A stretch of 64,000 nt of DNA from Eledone cirrhosa (GCA_964016885.1 OZ024741.1:139996001-140060000), one strand, 5' to 3'. Shown: positions 1 through 16,769, numbered from the stretch's first letter. Program-made: numbers and translations. The notes: a model not told the origin generated them from the sequence alone.

Positions 1-1680
1 TTTTCTATATCTTTGTTTGAGGATCTTCAACACAACGCTGCCGAAACATTATGAAACTTTATTCTGTGGGTTTACTCCTGCATGGATATATATTACATTT
101 GTCTACTGATTGATGAAAATGTTAAACCAAACATTTTATTATAGATTAACATTGGCCATGAAAATAATGCAATTCTTGTTATATTATGTCATAAACGATT
201 ATTCAAAATTGAAAAATGTCAAATACTTTGATTAGAGGTTTCTTCCATCAGAGCTGAACTGTTTCAAAACCTTAACAGAAATATATGTGGAATGGAGAAT
301 TTAGTTATAATGTGTGAATGCTTTCAAGTTAAGTAAATTGAAAAACAACGTGGCCCATAAAATTTATATGAAATATAACTCGAGTAACATCGACATATAT
401 TACTTAGAATGGAACTGATTTTCATTGGTTTGGACAGCCTGCTCCTAAACCTAATGTACAAGGGCTAAGCATTCCATAGACACATGTACGTTTAACGTAG
501 TTCTCAGAGAGATTTAGCATAATACAATGCGAGAAAAAGCTGAAAATTTGAATTACGGATACAAATAATTTTCTCACATCTGAGCAGGTTAGAAAAATGT
601 GTAATGAAGTTTCTTCCTGAAAGACAAAATAAGCCATTGGAAATCGAAATGACAATTTTACAAACGTGACACGTACACCCTACGCACTAAGCCACACAAA
701 TCCACTAACGCGTTATTGACAGAAAATTTCCGCTAACACGTGTATTATTAATACGATTCTCAGCGGGATTCAATGACACACAGTAAGAGATAAAGTGATT
801 CATTTGAACTACAGGAATAACGTGTTTTGTACTGGATTATTGTACTAGAACAACGTGAATTAGTCTTGCTAAAGGACGAAACACGCCGCAGGTTTATCGA
901 TCTCACAATCGTATGATTGTCAGCCGAACACACAAACCAATCAGCCACGCCTCTTCAAGGAATATATAATAGTAGTAATACGCTTCAAAATTAATCTTAG
1001 GTAATATATCCGTGATTCGAGACAACTTAAATTTATGAGTCCTTATTATATTATAAAAAGAAAAGAGGCGTATTCAAATTAATCATAGTTTTATTTTCAT
1101 TGAATTTTATATAGTTTTGGGCGAATAAGGAAATTTTATTTTTCAATTATACCATATAAATATATAAATCTAATTATTTCACTTAAGAAACAAACAGTTG
1201 TGAAATTAGCTATAAATATTCAGTATCTTGAGAAAAATTACATTAAAGCATAGCGTGCCGAAACTTGGAAAATGCAGAATTTACTTATGATCCCATACAT
1301 AATCATTAAATTCTTCGTGACGCAGACGATTATTACATTTAAAAGGAAAAAGCACATGTAAAATATATAAAATAACACATATTTTATTCGGTGACAATCA
1401 TTGTTTGCTGCAATAGAGGTATAAAGGATTAGGGAAAAGAAAATAATGAATTAGCATTGTTTAAATTGTTAGGTTTATGTTTTGCGCTTGATTTAATTAA
1501 AAAGAACAGTGTAAAATTTGGAATGGAAATAACTTACTACAAAATATATATTGAAATATGAATAGTATATGTATCTTCTCCCCCCCCCCCACCTCTCTTT
1601 CCCCCTCTCTCTCTCTCTGACACTCTCTCTCCCTCTTTCACTCTTTATCTCTGTATCAATCAACACCAACCTCTCTCTCC

Positions 1681-1722
<42 letters not shown>

Positions 1723-1726
<4 letters not shown>

Positions 1727-1899
1727 GTTTCTACTTTTGGCACGAGGCCAGCAATTACCCAGTGCATTACTGGTACTTTATTTTATCGACCCCGTAAGGA
1801 TGAAAGGTAAAGTCAACCTCGGCGGGATTTGAACTCAGACCGTAAAGGGACGTAACTACGCCGGAAAGCATGGCGTCCGACTCTCTACCGATACTGCCA
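1723..1899 (-). mobile_element. tRNA-type SINE (family A) copy
   Basis: ~180-bp sequence recurring about 11 times in the window. In sense orientation it has an A-box-like TGGCAGTATCGG, a B-box GAGTTCAAATCC, the central GGGGTCGATAAAATAAAGTACC block and the 3' end GTAGAAACAATT. Confidence 0.85.
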
Positions 1900-2174
1900 G
1901 AGAGAAATTGATATAAAGAGAGAGAAAATGTGTGGGTACTAAGAGGAAGAATGTAATCAGCTTGTAATGTGGGAGTTAGTAGTGTTGAGTTTAATCAAAC
2001 TTTTAATATATACACATCTATATATATATATATATACACACAGAGATATCCACGGTAAGTTGTGGAGTCTATTCTGCATGAAGAACTCAATGTAATCCAT
2101 ATGTTGAAAATGTTGTAGGTTAAGATAAATCCCGGAAAACAATAAAACATGAAAAGGAAAACAGAGTCATGATA

Positions 2175-2582
2175 TAAGTTAAAACAATGAAATAAAAAAT
2201 AAAGTCATTAGAGATATACTTCACTGCTTTACGATCGTCTCTAGGTGATGATAATACATTGTAGCTATACTTCGTTATTGATCTATGTAAGGTTAGTTAC
2301 AAAATATCAGATAAAGAGAATATTTACTTACAAGCATATCACCAGCTGTTTTCAAAAGAAATAATAATTGTATTACTAATTCTGAATATAATTATTACTG
2401 CTTTTGAAAACAGCTGGTGATATGCATGTAGGTAAATATTCTCTTTATCTGATATTTTGTAACTAACCTTACATAGATCAATAACGAAGTATAGCTACAA
2501 TGTATTATCATCACCTAGAAACGATCGTAAACAGTTAAGTATATCTCTAATGACTTTATTTTTTATTTAATTTGTTTTAACT

Positions 2583-2584
<2 letters not shown>
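2175..2584. repeat. Long near-perfect inverted repeat (arms ~200 bp, ~10-nt spacer at 2375-2384)
   Basis: 2175-2374 is the reverse complement of 2385-2584, e.g. CACCAGCTGTTTTCAAAAG / CTTTTGAAAACAGCTGGTG. The right end abuts (TA)n. Confidence 0.95.
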
Positions 2585-2627
<43 letters not shown>

Positions 2628-2741
2628 AAATAATCAGGACCCCGACGGATGAGCTCCGGCCGTTTCCACAGCTAGATCCGAACACAAAAGAATCTTCAAA
2701 AATCAAATCTCTCAAATAAAAATTGTAATTGAAAGATATAG

Positions 2742-2786
<45 letters not shown>

Positions 2787-2812
2787 GTGTATGTGAGTGT
2801 GTGTATATATAT

Positions 2813-2882
<70 letters not shown>

Positions 2883-2890
2883 ACATATAC

Positions 2891-2924
<34 letters not shown>

Positions 2925-2935
2925 TTACACATATA

Positions 2936-2984
<49 letters not shown>

Positions 2985-3036
2985 AATATATATATATATA
3001 ACACACATACATATATATATATACATGTATATACAT

Positions 3037-3224
3037 AATTGTTTCTACTTTAGGCACAAGGCCAGCAATTATCCAGTGCATTACTGGTACTTTATTTTAT
3101 CGACTCCGTAAAGATGAAAGGCAAAGTCAACCTCGGCAGGATTTGAACTCAGATCGTAAACGGACGTAACTATGCTGGAAAGCATGGCGCCCGACCCTCT
3201 ACCGATACTGCCAATTCACCGCCC
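3037..3224 (-). mobile_element. tRNA-type SINE (family A), full-length copy
   Basis: Same consensus as 1723-1899, including the 5' head GGGCGGTGAATTGGCAG on the minus strand. Confidence 0.85.
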
Positions 3225-3677
3225 TTATGTATATACGTAATAACATATATATATACATGTATATACATAATAACATATATATATATATGTGTGTGTGTGT
3301 ACTTGTGTTTGGGTGTTTGGGTGTTTGGGTGTCTATACGTCTATATACTTGAGGCTGTGCGGTCAGGCATCTTTGTAATAACAGTTTAAATCATACATGC
3401 ATCCTCTTTGAGTTCATACGTTGTACGAATTATGAAGTGCCACCAAACGTTGAATTATAAGATGCTATACTGTGGAACATTCCACACTATCAATTTCAGA
3501 GCTTAATGGCACACACAGGTTTAACAGATGTCACACGAAACAAGAGTTAATGCTTGTTTAAACAAGAGTATTAACCAGTATAGTAAAAGCTCACATGTTT
3601 TATTGATTACATATTCCCTACATTTGTAACCACATTTTGTATATATATATATATATATATATAAAAGGAGAGAGAGT

Positions 3678-3711
<34 letters not shown>

Positions 3712-3806
3712 GAGATAGAGGGAGAGAGAGAGAGAGAGTGAGAAAGCTAGATACATAGATCGATAGATAATTAATTGACTGATTATATATGTATATATAT
3801 ATAAAG

Positions 3807-3884
<78 letters not shown>

Positions 3885-3934
3885 ATATAATGTATATTTG
3901 ATTATTTATATTTATATATATATATAAAATCACG

Positions 3935-4149
3935 AAGTCAACAGGTTATGATTCACTTCGTTTATTCGTAATCGGTGTTTTATATATATGTTGGTGATAA
4001 TCGTTATGCAATAGTTATGACCTCATCAGACAGTTAGAGTTTGAAAAGAAAAAAACGGTAAAGCATAAGGAATAATAATGCCTTCTTCTGTTATTTCGAT
4101 TCATCGATATTTCCTGGGCTGATATTTGCTTTATCAGAGCACCGGTGAC

Positions 4150-4150
<1 letters not shown>
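3935..4150 (-). mobile_element. Solo decayed pLTR-like fragment related to the 36146-36572 hairpin family
   Basis: Minus strand reads ACTGT CTGATGA GGTCATAAC...ATCACC AACA TATATATA...AAACGAAG...TAACCTGTTGACTT, collinear with 36481-36570. The GAAA of the hammerhead is mutated. Flanked by (TA)n. Confidence 0.5.
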
Positions 4151-4238
<88 letters not shown>

Positions 4239-4240
4239 TA

Positions 4241-4672
4241 TATTAAAATAAGAGATTAAAGTTTAAGCAAAGAATCGCTGATTTCACCCTTAACGGGATC
4301 TTCTGAAAATAACAAGGTCAATCTGTGAACGCAGAAGTGGATATTTCAAAAAACGTTGCAACCGGAGGAAGACAGGAAGACGATACTTTGGTTCGTGGAA
4401 AGGTTCCCTGTCAATGAACGGAAAAACGAAGATAATACGTCATATGTGGAGCGTGGAGAACATTTGCACGGAAAGACAAAACCACGTAAATGCTATAACT
4501 AAAGTCGTAGACTAAAATTCTAACTTGGAAACTGAATGATTCTCGGCTTCAGAGTTAAGAATAAAGTAAATAAAATACAAAGGTAATTGAAATTAAATAA
4601 ATACATACACGCATCCATATACGTACATACACAAGCATAAGCGAAAACACTCGCCATAGGTATACAAATACA

Positions 4673-4764
<92 letters not shown>

Positions 4765-7700
4765 CGTGTATACAAATAATTAAATAAACGTATATAAATA
4801 GATAAATACGTATATAACAAGCGCCCACACATACCTTCATGTAAATACACATATGTTCGGAGACGAACGTCAACCAAAACACGAAGTACACATATACACA
4901 CACTCTTCATACGTACGAACCCGCATTCTCACACAGACGCAAAACTCACGTATACACATAACCAAAAGCATATGTACCAGAATATATAAAAATATACGCC
5001 ATAACATATACAATCAAATATACGTACGAGAAAGTATACGTATCTTCACAAAACATACAGGTAATATATACTTACCTACACAAATAAGTAATGGTATAAA
5101 CATAACATATACTTAGCTACCACATCAAGACGTAAAATATCCGCGTAGAGATCGTACTATCCGTTAGGGTATAATGTGGGGCTGTAATACAGGAAAGTTT
5201 TGTGTAAATTATGTTTACAAGCCGAAATACCTCAGGTTTTTTGTTTAAGATATGGTCTTTGGCGTAGAGTATATCCAGGGCCTCAGCGGCGCAGAGGTCA
5301 CATGGTCTTTTATTTCCGTTATACGATCTAGCCCTAGCTAGGATGTCCCAGTGAAACTTATATTGGGTGTGGTTGTCTTTTAGACTGCAGATATAAGCTG
5401 AAAGTGACGTCATATTCCTTCTTAAAGGGTAACGAAAGAATCGGTTAGCATGTAAAGACGCTGCTTGAATCTATTGGCGGTGAACCCTATGTAGGCCCTA
5501 CGGGACGTGGGTGTTTCAACCTTACATTTGTAGACAATGTTACTAGAGAGGCATTTTCCGGATAGGAGGCAGTCAACCCGATTCCTACAATTACAGTTAG
5601 TACTAACTACAGGGTTGCACGTGTTCCTACGACTAGGTAGTTCAGCTAAATTTGAAGCTGTGATGTTATGTACAAGGCTAGGAGTCGTAGAGTAAGACAT
5701 TTTAATAGTATTTCTATTAAAAATGTTACTATATTTATGTGTAGTGGAAAAATGCTTCGTAATAAGGGAGAGAAAGATCTTAACTAATGGTGTAGCCACA
5801 TCCATATTATATGGTGGGTTATACCATATAATACGTCGGGATCTATTTCTTCTAGGTCTAGTCTCGTACTCTGTATATGCTACCTTATCGACAAATCCAC
5901 CCCGAGCAAGAGCTTCATTGTAATATATGGAATGGTCGTTGAAAATATGCTCGGTAGTAGATAGACGAGAAAGCCTCAAAGAAATGTTTCTTATCAGGTT
6001 CTTGTTTATGCTGGTAGGATGGTTAGAATGCTTACTTATGTAATTAAGCGTAAACATTCGGCTTTCTATACGGGTAATACAAGCCATTAGATAAATTGAG
6101 GGCAACGTCGAGGTAAATAACGACCGAGAGGTTGGCCTTAACCTGTATAGAGAGGTTGAAGCCTTTAAAGAAGGCTGTGAGTTCTTTTTTGAACCTGTCG
6201 CAAGCACGTGGGTCGCACTTACTCATGGTCAAAAGACCATCATTACGGTACAAACCACCGCCCACGTTGGGGAATTCGTACTTGATAGAGAAAAGAAGGA
6301 AAAGGCCGATAAGATCAATAACCTCCACAGAATAGCTGGCGCCCATACTCACGTCGAACGGTGTACTATTAGATGTTTTAATCCAAATAGATTCGTCGAA
6401 ATTAATCACCGACTTACGGGCATTGAGGATGACATCAACATCGAAATCCTTAACCACTGTGAGTGTGTTAGCGAAATTGATAGCTCTAAGGAGAAGTGGT
6501 AAAGTGATGGAGGAGTAGTAATTATTGATGTCGAATTGGATAAAACGGTAATGTTCCTTGCTGCATATGCCGTTGAACCAATCAATCACCGCGAAAGAAT
6601 TTGTCCACAGTGCAAGAGGGGCCAAACTTCTAATTTCAGGTATAATTCTATCAAGAATCATTTTACTAAGTCTACCTAAATCGGACTTCGTAGGGTTAAT
6701 ACACCGAATAGAGGGGTTGTTCGGAAAATTGTATTTGTGATCCTTCAGGGTAAAGTGGGGATAAATAGGGTCCAGAGGTTCGGTCCGGTCCAGGATGTTG
6801 ATAGAGAGGTGATTTTAAACCCAGCATCGTTCATCTCATTAATGACGCACCGATTAGGTTTACGGTAATCCTTAGTTACAGCATTATGTAGTAGTTGATC
6901 GTAAGTACTGCGCTCCACTTGATATAGATTGCCAGTTTTGTCGGAATGGACGTGTATGGCATTAGAATCCTTAATAGAACGAATTCTATTCTTCAGGTCC
7001 TGCTGGAAGGAATTGCTCCTATTCCGAAATTTGATACTCCGTATGAGTTCCAAGACATCATTTTCGAAGGGTAGCAATGCTGGGTTAAACGGAGGGTTAC
7101 TTCAGCTTATATCTGCAGTCTAAAAGACAACCACACCCAATATATGTTACACTGGGACATCCTAGCTAGGGCTAGATCGTATAACGGAAATAAAATACCA
7201 TGTGAGCTCTAGGCCGCTGAGGCCCTGAAAATACTCCACGCCAAAGACCACATCTTAAACAAAAATTCTGAAGCAATTTCGGCTTGTAAACATAAATTGC
7301 ACAAAACTTTCCTCTATTACAGTCCCACATTATACCCTAACGGAGTGTACGATCTATACGTGGATAGTTTACGTCTTGATGTGGTAGCTAAGTATATGTT
7401 ATGTTTATACCATTACTTATTTGTGTAGGTATGTATATATTACATGTACGTTTTGTGAAGGTACGTATACTTTCTCGTACGTATATTTGATTGTATATGT
7501 TATGGCGTATATATTACATATTCTGGTACATATGCTTTTGGTTATGTGTATACGTGAGTTTTGCGTCTGTGTGAGTATGTGGTTTCGTACGTATGAAGGG
7601 TGTGTGTATATGTGTACTTCGTATTTTGGTTGATGTACGTCTCCGAACATATGTGTATTTACATGTAGGTATGTGTGTGCGCTTGGTATATACGTATTTA

Positions 7701-8440
7701 TTTATTTATATACCTTTATTTAATTATTTGTATACACGCACATACACACACACATATATATATATGTGCGTGTATTTGTATACCTATGGCGTGTGTTTTC
7801 GCGTGTTTCGTGTGTTGTGTATGTACGTATATGGATGCGTGTATGTATTTATTTAATTTCAATTACCTCTGTATTTTATTTGCTTTATTCTTAACTCTAA
7901 AGCCGAGAATCATTCGGTTTCCTACTTAAAATTTTAGTCTACGACTTCAGTTATACCATATACGTGGTTTCGTCTTTGCGTGCAATTGTTCTCCACGTTC
8001 CACATATGACGTATTATCTTCGTTTTTTTCGATCATTGCCAGAGAACGTCTCTATGAACAACCTAATAGAATATTAGTCTGCGACTTCTTTTATGCCATA
8101 AACGTGGTTTTATCTTTGCGTGCAAATGTCCTCCACGCTCCACATATGACGTATTATCTACGTTTTTTTCCGTTTATTGACAGGGAACATTTCCGCGAAC
8201 CAAAGTATCGTCTTCCTGTCTTCCTCCGGTTGCAACGTTTTTCGAAATATTCATTTCTGCGTTCACAGATTGACTTTGTTATTTTCAGAAGATCCCGTTA
8301 AGGGTGAAAGCAGCGATTCTTTGCTTAAACTTTAATCTGTTACTTTAATAAATATTTGCTCTACGGTACTTATTTATTTGATATATATTTATCCTTATCG
8401 AGCCTTCTTTGGATTTTAGTCTTCAAATTTACTATTATTA
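4241..8440 (-). mobile_element. Penelope-like retroelement, 5'-truncated, with inverted copy of its 3' end (inverted pLTR)
   Basis: RT plus GIY-YIG ORF fragments on the minus strand. 7099-8348 is the reverse complement of 4241-5404 (with a small internal tandem duplication around 7935-8190). Both ends lie in (TA)n. Confidence 0.9.
5200..7097 (-). pseudogene. Frameshifted Penelope-like RT + GIY-YIG endonuclease ORF
   Basis: ORF pieces 6745-7077, 6044-6661, 5422-6207 and 5117-5413. Motifs: SDKTGNLY, FIQFDINNYYSSI, GLYRNDGLL (YRDD decayed), YLDV, SNHP, IIWYNPPY, CNCR..DC..SGKC, IVYKC...AYIG..RFKQR, CDLC.AE...LNKK.E. Confidence 0.9.
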
Positions 8441-8461
8441 TATATATATATAATAATGCAA

Positions 8462-8649
8462 GGGCGGTGGATTGGCAGTATGAGTAGAGGGTCGGACGCC
8501 ATGCTTTCCAGCATAGTTACGTCCCTTTACGATCTGTGTTCAAATCACGCCAAGGTTGACTTTGCCTCTCATCCTTACGGGGTCGATAAAATAAAGTACC
8601 AATAATGCACTGGGTAATTGCTGGCCTTGTGCCTAAAGTAGAAACAATT
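8462..8649 (+). mobile_element. tRNA-type SINE (family A), full-length sense copy
   Basis: GGGCGGTGGATTGGCAGTATGAGTAG (A-box-like), GTTCAAATC (B-box), GGGGTCGATAAAATAAAGTACC, GTAGAAACAATT. Confidence 0.85.
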
Positions 8650-8661
8650 ATATATATATAT

Positions 8662-8977
8662 ATAAATATCTTTAAGTCGTTTGGAAGCCTCGACAATGCA
8701 AATGGGTAAATCTTCGGGTAACAAGAACCGGTGGTGGAGTGAATCCGAAATATATAGGGACTATTAAATCTCTCCCAAGGTAACTCTCTCTTGTGTTGTT
8801 ATTTTTATTGTATCCTTTATACTCTTCCCTTCTTTCTTCTACACATTTACACATCTTTACACACCACGCATCTCAACGTACACCCACTTACATCTCTCTC
8901 TCCACCACCGTATCTTGTTACCCGGAGATTTACCCATTTGCATTGTCGAGGCTTCCAAACGGCTTAAAGATATTTAT
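8662..8977. repeat. Inverted-repeat element, arms ~78 bp (8662-8739 / 8900-8977), ~160-bp spacer
   Basis: TTTGGAAGCCTCGACAATGCAAATGGGTAAATCT / AGATTTACCCATTTGCATTGTCGAGGCTTCCAAA. Flanked by (TA)n. Confidence 0.9.
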
Positions 8978-9016
8978 TTATTATTCCACAATGCTTCAAG
9001 CAAACTTCAATACTCT

Positions 9017-11500
<2,484 letters not shown>

Positions 11501-13209
11501 ATACTTTTTCATGCATATGTGCATATTTCTTTCTATATGTACTACTATATCTACGAGTCTACCTATCTGTGTATTATAATATATTAAGTTCTCTTTATTT
11601 TTATATTTATGCATTTATCGTTTCATTATTTAAATGTTTGAAATCATTGTTTTACTTATTTGAATGCAATGGTCACCTATCGCCGCGGCTAAGAATTAAA
11701 TTAATGGAAACCATTAACATATTAATTCAAGTCAAATTTAAACAAAAACCTCAATGTCACACAAACATGCAAAAAAGGAAAGAAAGACCTCTTAAAATAT
11801 AAGTTGAAGACTAGAGAAAACCCACCATGTTTAACTACAATACTTATGTAGATGTTGATGTTTTATGAATATCCAGCTTTTCAAGTGTACACTGCCCATA
11901 TAAAACTAAACATCTCGCTGAATGTAGTTGAATGACTACAATGGATGTGACCGTATATTCAAATGTATGTGAACATTTTATATTCCGACCGCCTGAAACA
12001 TTTCCTGGTTTTATCAAATATAACTGTTTGATTTAATGGTTATATATCATTTAAACAAATTTTACTCATAATCTATAAGAAAAATATTTAAGTTATTTTT
12101 ACAACGAGCTTAATATATTTTCAAAATTATTTGAAAATCAGGCTTCGATCTTTCATTAGAAAGATGATAACGAAATGTTTAAATTGTTCATATTTTTCTA
12201 CAATCTTGCCATCATAATTTCATGGAAGTGACTTTGTTAGAGTATGTTCCAAACAACAACTTATAAGTCAGAAGTGTGTTGTATTACTAAATACTTCGCA
12301 ATTCGTAATATGTTTCATGAGAAATATCATAACAGATGGATTAAATCGTTTATGCTTATCTGAAATTTTCTCATTATAATTTTTCTCAAGATATCTTGTA
12401 AAGTCATGTACTAAACCTTGGCTTAATAATAGTACATTTAATTCTATTAATAAATGCCTCCAAATTCAAAATTATTTTAATGACTATATGATTACATTCA
12501 AAATAACTTTCAAGTCACAATGTTCATCATCAGAAACATTGAATGATATGGTTACACGGAATATAATGCGTTGAAGACTTAGACATACGCGTAACAAACA
12601 TATCTTTCATACTGACTTTAATGTTATATATTCTATTTTCCAGTACTATCAACTCAGTAGCTACATAAACATTATCATCAACGTATAGATAGTTATGATG
12701 ATTATTTTCTTGTTCTTTTCCCTTTTCGCTTGTTTCATTCACTAGAATGCAAACATCCTGGAGCATTCCCTTCAGTACTGGGTTTTGTTTCAAAACATTC
12801 ACATGTTTTAATGATCCATATTTTCGAAGCGCACAGATGCAGTAAATATAAAACCATTAAATACAAACACACATACATCAACGCATTTACACGCACATTT
12901 GAATCTAAATTCCAATGAATACTCAGTGAAACTTGCCCAAATTAGCATATATGACGGAATTATTTTCAGAGCTACTACTTTCACTTTCCTTCTCTTCATG
13001 TAAGACATTACATTTTTTTTTCTAATTTGACTTGAATAATAAAACTGTTCATTTTAAAATCTTGTTTTTTTTTGTTATATTACCAAGATACATCTGTGGG
13101 TTTGTTTTAAATACATGAGCGGTATATTTATGTATATAATATATATATATATATATATATGCAGAAGTTCTATTTAAAGTTGTTGGGATACAACAAGTAA
13201 ATGTTTTTT

Positions 13210-14150
<941 letters not shown>

Positions 14151-14151
14151 A

Positions 14152-14196
14152 TGATGTATAGAACGGTCTCTAACGTCCACAGATTCTTTCACTATA

Positions 14197-14292
<96 letters not shown>

Positions 14293-14329
14293 AAGAATCT
14301 GTGGACGTTAGAGAGCGTTCTATACATCA
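14152..14329. repeat. 42-bp inverted repeat centred on a (TA)n tract
   Basis: TGATGTATAGAACG.TCTCTAACGTCCACAGATTCTTTCACT (14152-14193) is the reverse complement of 14288-14329. Confidence 0.95.
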
Positions 14330-15640
14330 CGTTATATAAGGTAAATGATAATAAAAATCGATATTGTAAAGTGCACCTGGTATATATATATATATAAAGG
14401 ATCTTTATAACATGTACAATGATTGATGTTTAGCAAAGCTTGCTTTCTCCCTATTGGATTAACAAATCATTTGTAATTACGTTAAATTGCTTTTCCTCGT
14501 TAATGCTCCTGCATGCTGATTGTCAATTACATTTGTTTCGGTCGCTTCTCTCCCTGCTAAAGTAAGTGATACGACTGATCTTTTCTTTATCATTCTTGTG
14601 TAGAAAAATTATACTTTGTGGCAAGGGGCGTAACTCTAATCCCCTCACTCATGAAATGTTATGTTGCGAATGAGTTCAATCTTGGAGATTATGGATAAAT
14701 ATTCTGTTTATTAATTCGATTTGGTTCTGTGATTTCAAATCTACATTGGTATAATGGAAAACATCAACATTTGGCGCTGTTTTATCATCGTTATAGTATA
14801 TGGCTTTATGATTTGCTGACTATAGACTGTCATTTTTTGTCGAAATGTGAGTTCCTTCTGTCCCACATAATGTGCGTGGCAACCTCGGCAGGTTATGACT
14901 TGAACTAACTTTTCCGAGTTGCACGAGAAGTTATTCGAAACGTTGAAGATGGGTCTGTCTTTAAAGTGAAATGCATAGCCTTCCAATAGGTAGTTGTATA
15001 TTCCGCAATGGAGTCGGTTGCATATTTTCACATGAGGTTCTGAAATTGTTGTTTGCAGCAATGCGCGTGTCAGTATTTTTTTTTTATGGTTTTGGCTGTC
15101 GTTTACTCATAATAATTGTTTCTACTTTAGGCACAAGGCCAGCAATTACCCAGTGCATTACTGGTACTTTATTTTATCGACCCCGTAAGGATGAAAGGCA
15201 AAGTTAACCTCGGCGGTATTTGATCTCAGATCGTAAAGGGACGTAACTATGCTGGAAAGCATGGCGTCCGACCCTCTACCGATACTGCCAATCCAAGAGG
15301 TTTTTCATTTGCTTGTCTTTTTGTAGTATAGGTAGGTTTAGGTGTATGTGTGTATAGATATCTGTGTTTTGGGGGTTGAAATTTAAGTTGTAGGATATGA
15401 CTTTGTTTCCTTTTGTTGGGGGGGGGGGGGTCTTCCTCGGAGAATATGATTATTTATTGATTTTCTTTTGCCTTTTCAATGTTATCGTTGATTATATTTA
15501 GGCGGTACTTTCTCTTGGAGAATATAATTTTCATTTCCTGTAGTCGGGGGTTCCTTGTTGTGTTTGAAACTATTGTGCAGATTCGTTTAACTAGGTTAAG
15601 TGGAATTTTGGTGCGCGTATGAACTGGATGTAAATGCTAT
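14288..15640 (-). mobile_element. Decayed Penelope-like element (thumb + GIY-YIG region), interrupted by a SINE
   Basis: ORF 14741-15061 has FSCNSEKLVQVITCRGCHAHYVGQ...FRQK (GIY-YIG with CxxC). An upstream frame reads HPVHTRTKIPLNLVKRICTIVS (PLE thumb-like). The 3' boundary is inferred. Confidence 0.75.
15114..15295 (-). mobile_element. tRNA-type SINE (family A) inserted into the PLE remnant
   Basis: Near-identical to 3037-3224. Confidence 0.85.
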
Positions 15641-16322
15641 AAAAACTCTTTAAATATATATACATTACCAGCTGCGCTTTTCAACCTCACTTTACGTTAT
15701 CATTATATATAAATATATATATATATATATATTCAGTTGTTCGTTTTCATCATAATTAATAATAATGATATCATTTCTTTTTTCTTCCATTGGTGTTCCC
15801 TTCATGTATGTTTATTTCGAACCTTAAGATATAACCAATTTTACATGCAAACGTTATGTCACAGCAATGTGCCATTTGCTCGTATTTTATTCAAATTATG
15901 TCATAACCCATTTTGATTGTAACCCAGCCAAAACGAGCACTGGGTCATTGAAACATACCCATATATTTTAAAGGGCTTCTTTTGGAATACATTTCTTTAT
16001 AAAAAACATATATTAACTTACTATTTTGGTAAATACATAACATCTTTTGTACATCCCTCAAACGTCTTCAATGGATATATGGAATAAAATGTATTTCATT
16101 GTTAAAACGGCCAGGAAACGGTTAAATACACAACTGTGAATTACGTATATTCAATTTAACGTTGGATTTATTTGTTGTAAAATTTGGGGTGTATTTGCAC
16201 AAACACATATTTTCACGGCATTGCACATATGAAGCATAATAAAGAACAAAATACACTCAATGACAACATCCATATATCGTATATAGATATTGCTGACTAA
16301 ATACGTTGACCATGTAAACGCT

Positions 16323-16540
16323 ATATAATTTGCTTCTGCTTAATATAATCACAATATAATTTACCATAAATTATGAAAAAATCACATTTATCTACATTCA
16401 TTGTATCTTTAACGCATAATATATGTGTTAAAAATTCGATATATAATTTGGATCTGCTTAATAAAATCTCAATACAATTTATCACAAATTATGAAGATAT
16501 CGTATTTATCAACATTCATTGTATTTTTAGCACATACCAT
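16323..16540. repeat. Diverged tandem duplication, ~118-bp unit
   Basis: ATATAATTTG..TCTGCTTAATA.AATC.CAATA.AATTTA.CA.AAATTATGAA...CATTCATTGTAT at 16323 and again at 16441. Confidence 0.75.
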
Positions 16541-16725
16541 TGTAGAGACATCAGCTCCATTCGTATATTGTAAGTTACGCAAGATTAACTGCAATTGAAT
16601 TAACAAAAAGCCTTCCGGGCGAATCAAAACAACCTAGTCAGAAAAATAAGAAAAGGTTAGCAAGTTATATATCGGTGGATACAGTCTTCTATTTGTTCAG
16701 CTTGTCTTAATTTAATCTATAATCG

Positions 16726-16769
<44 letters not shown>

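Noticed and set aside
15-60. TTGAGGA...CGAAAC hammerhead-like spacing
   Set aside because: C3 is missing and no convincing stems.
935-955. CCAATCAG plus CCACGCC promoter-like motifs
   Set aside because: Short motifs with no associated first exon or other support.
12530-13008. Two short minus-strand ORFs of ordinary composition
   Set aside because: No recognisable domain or splice context.
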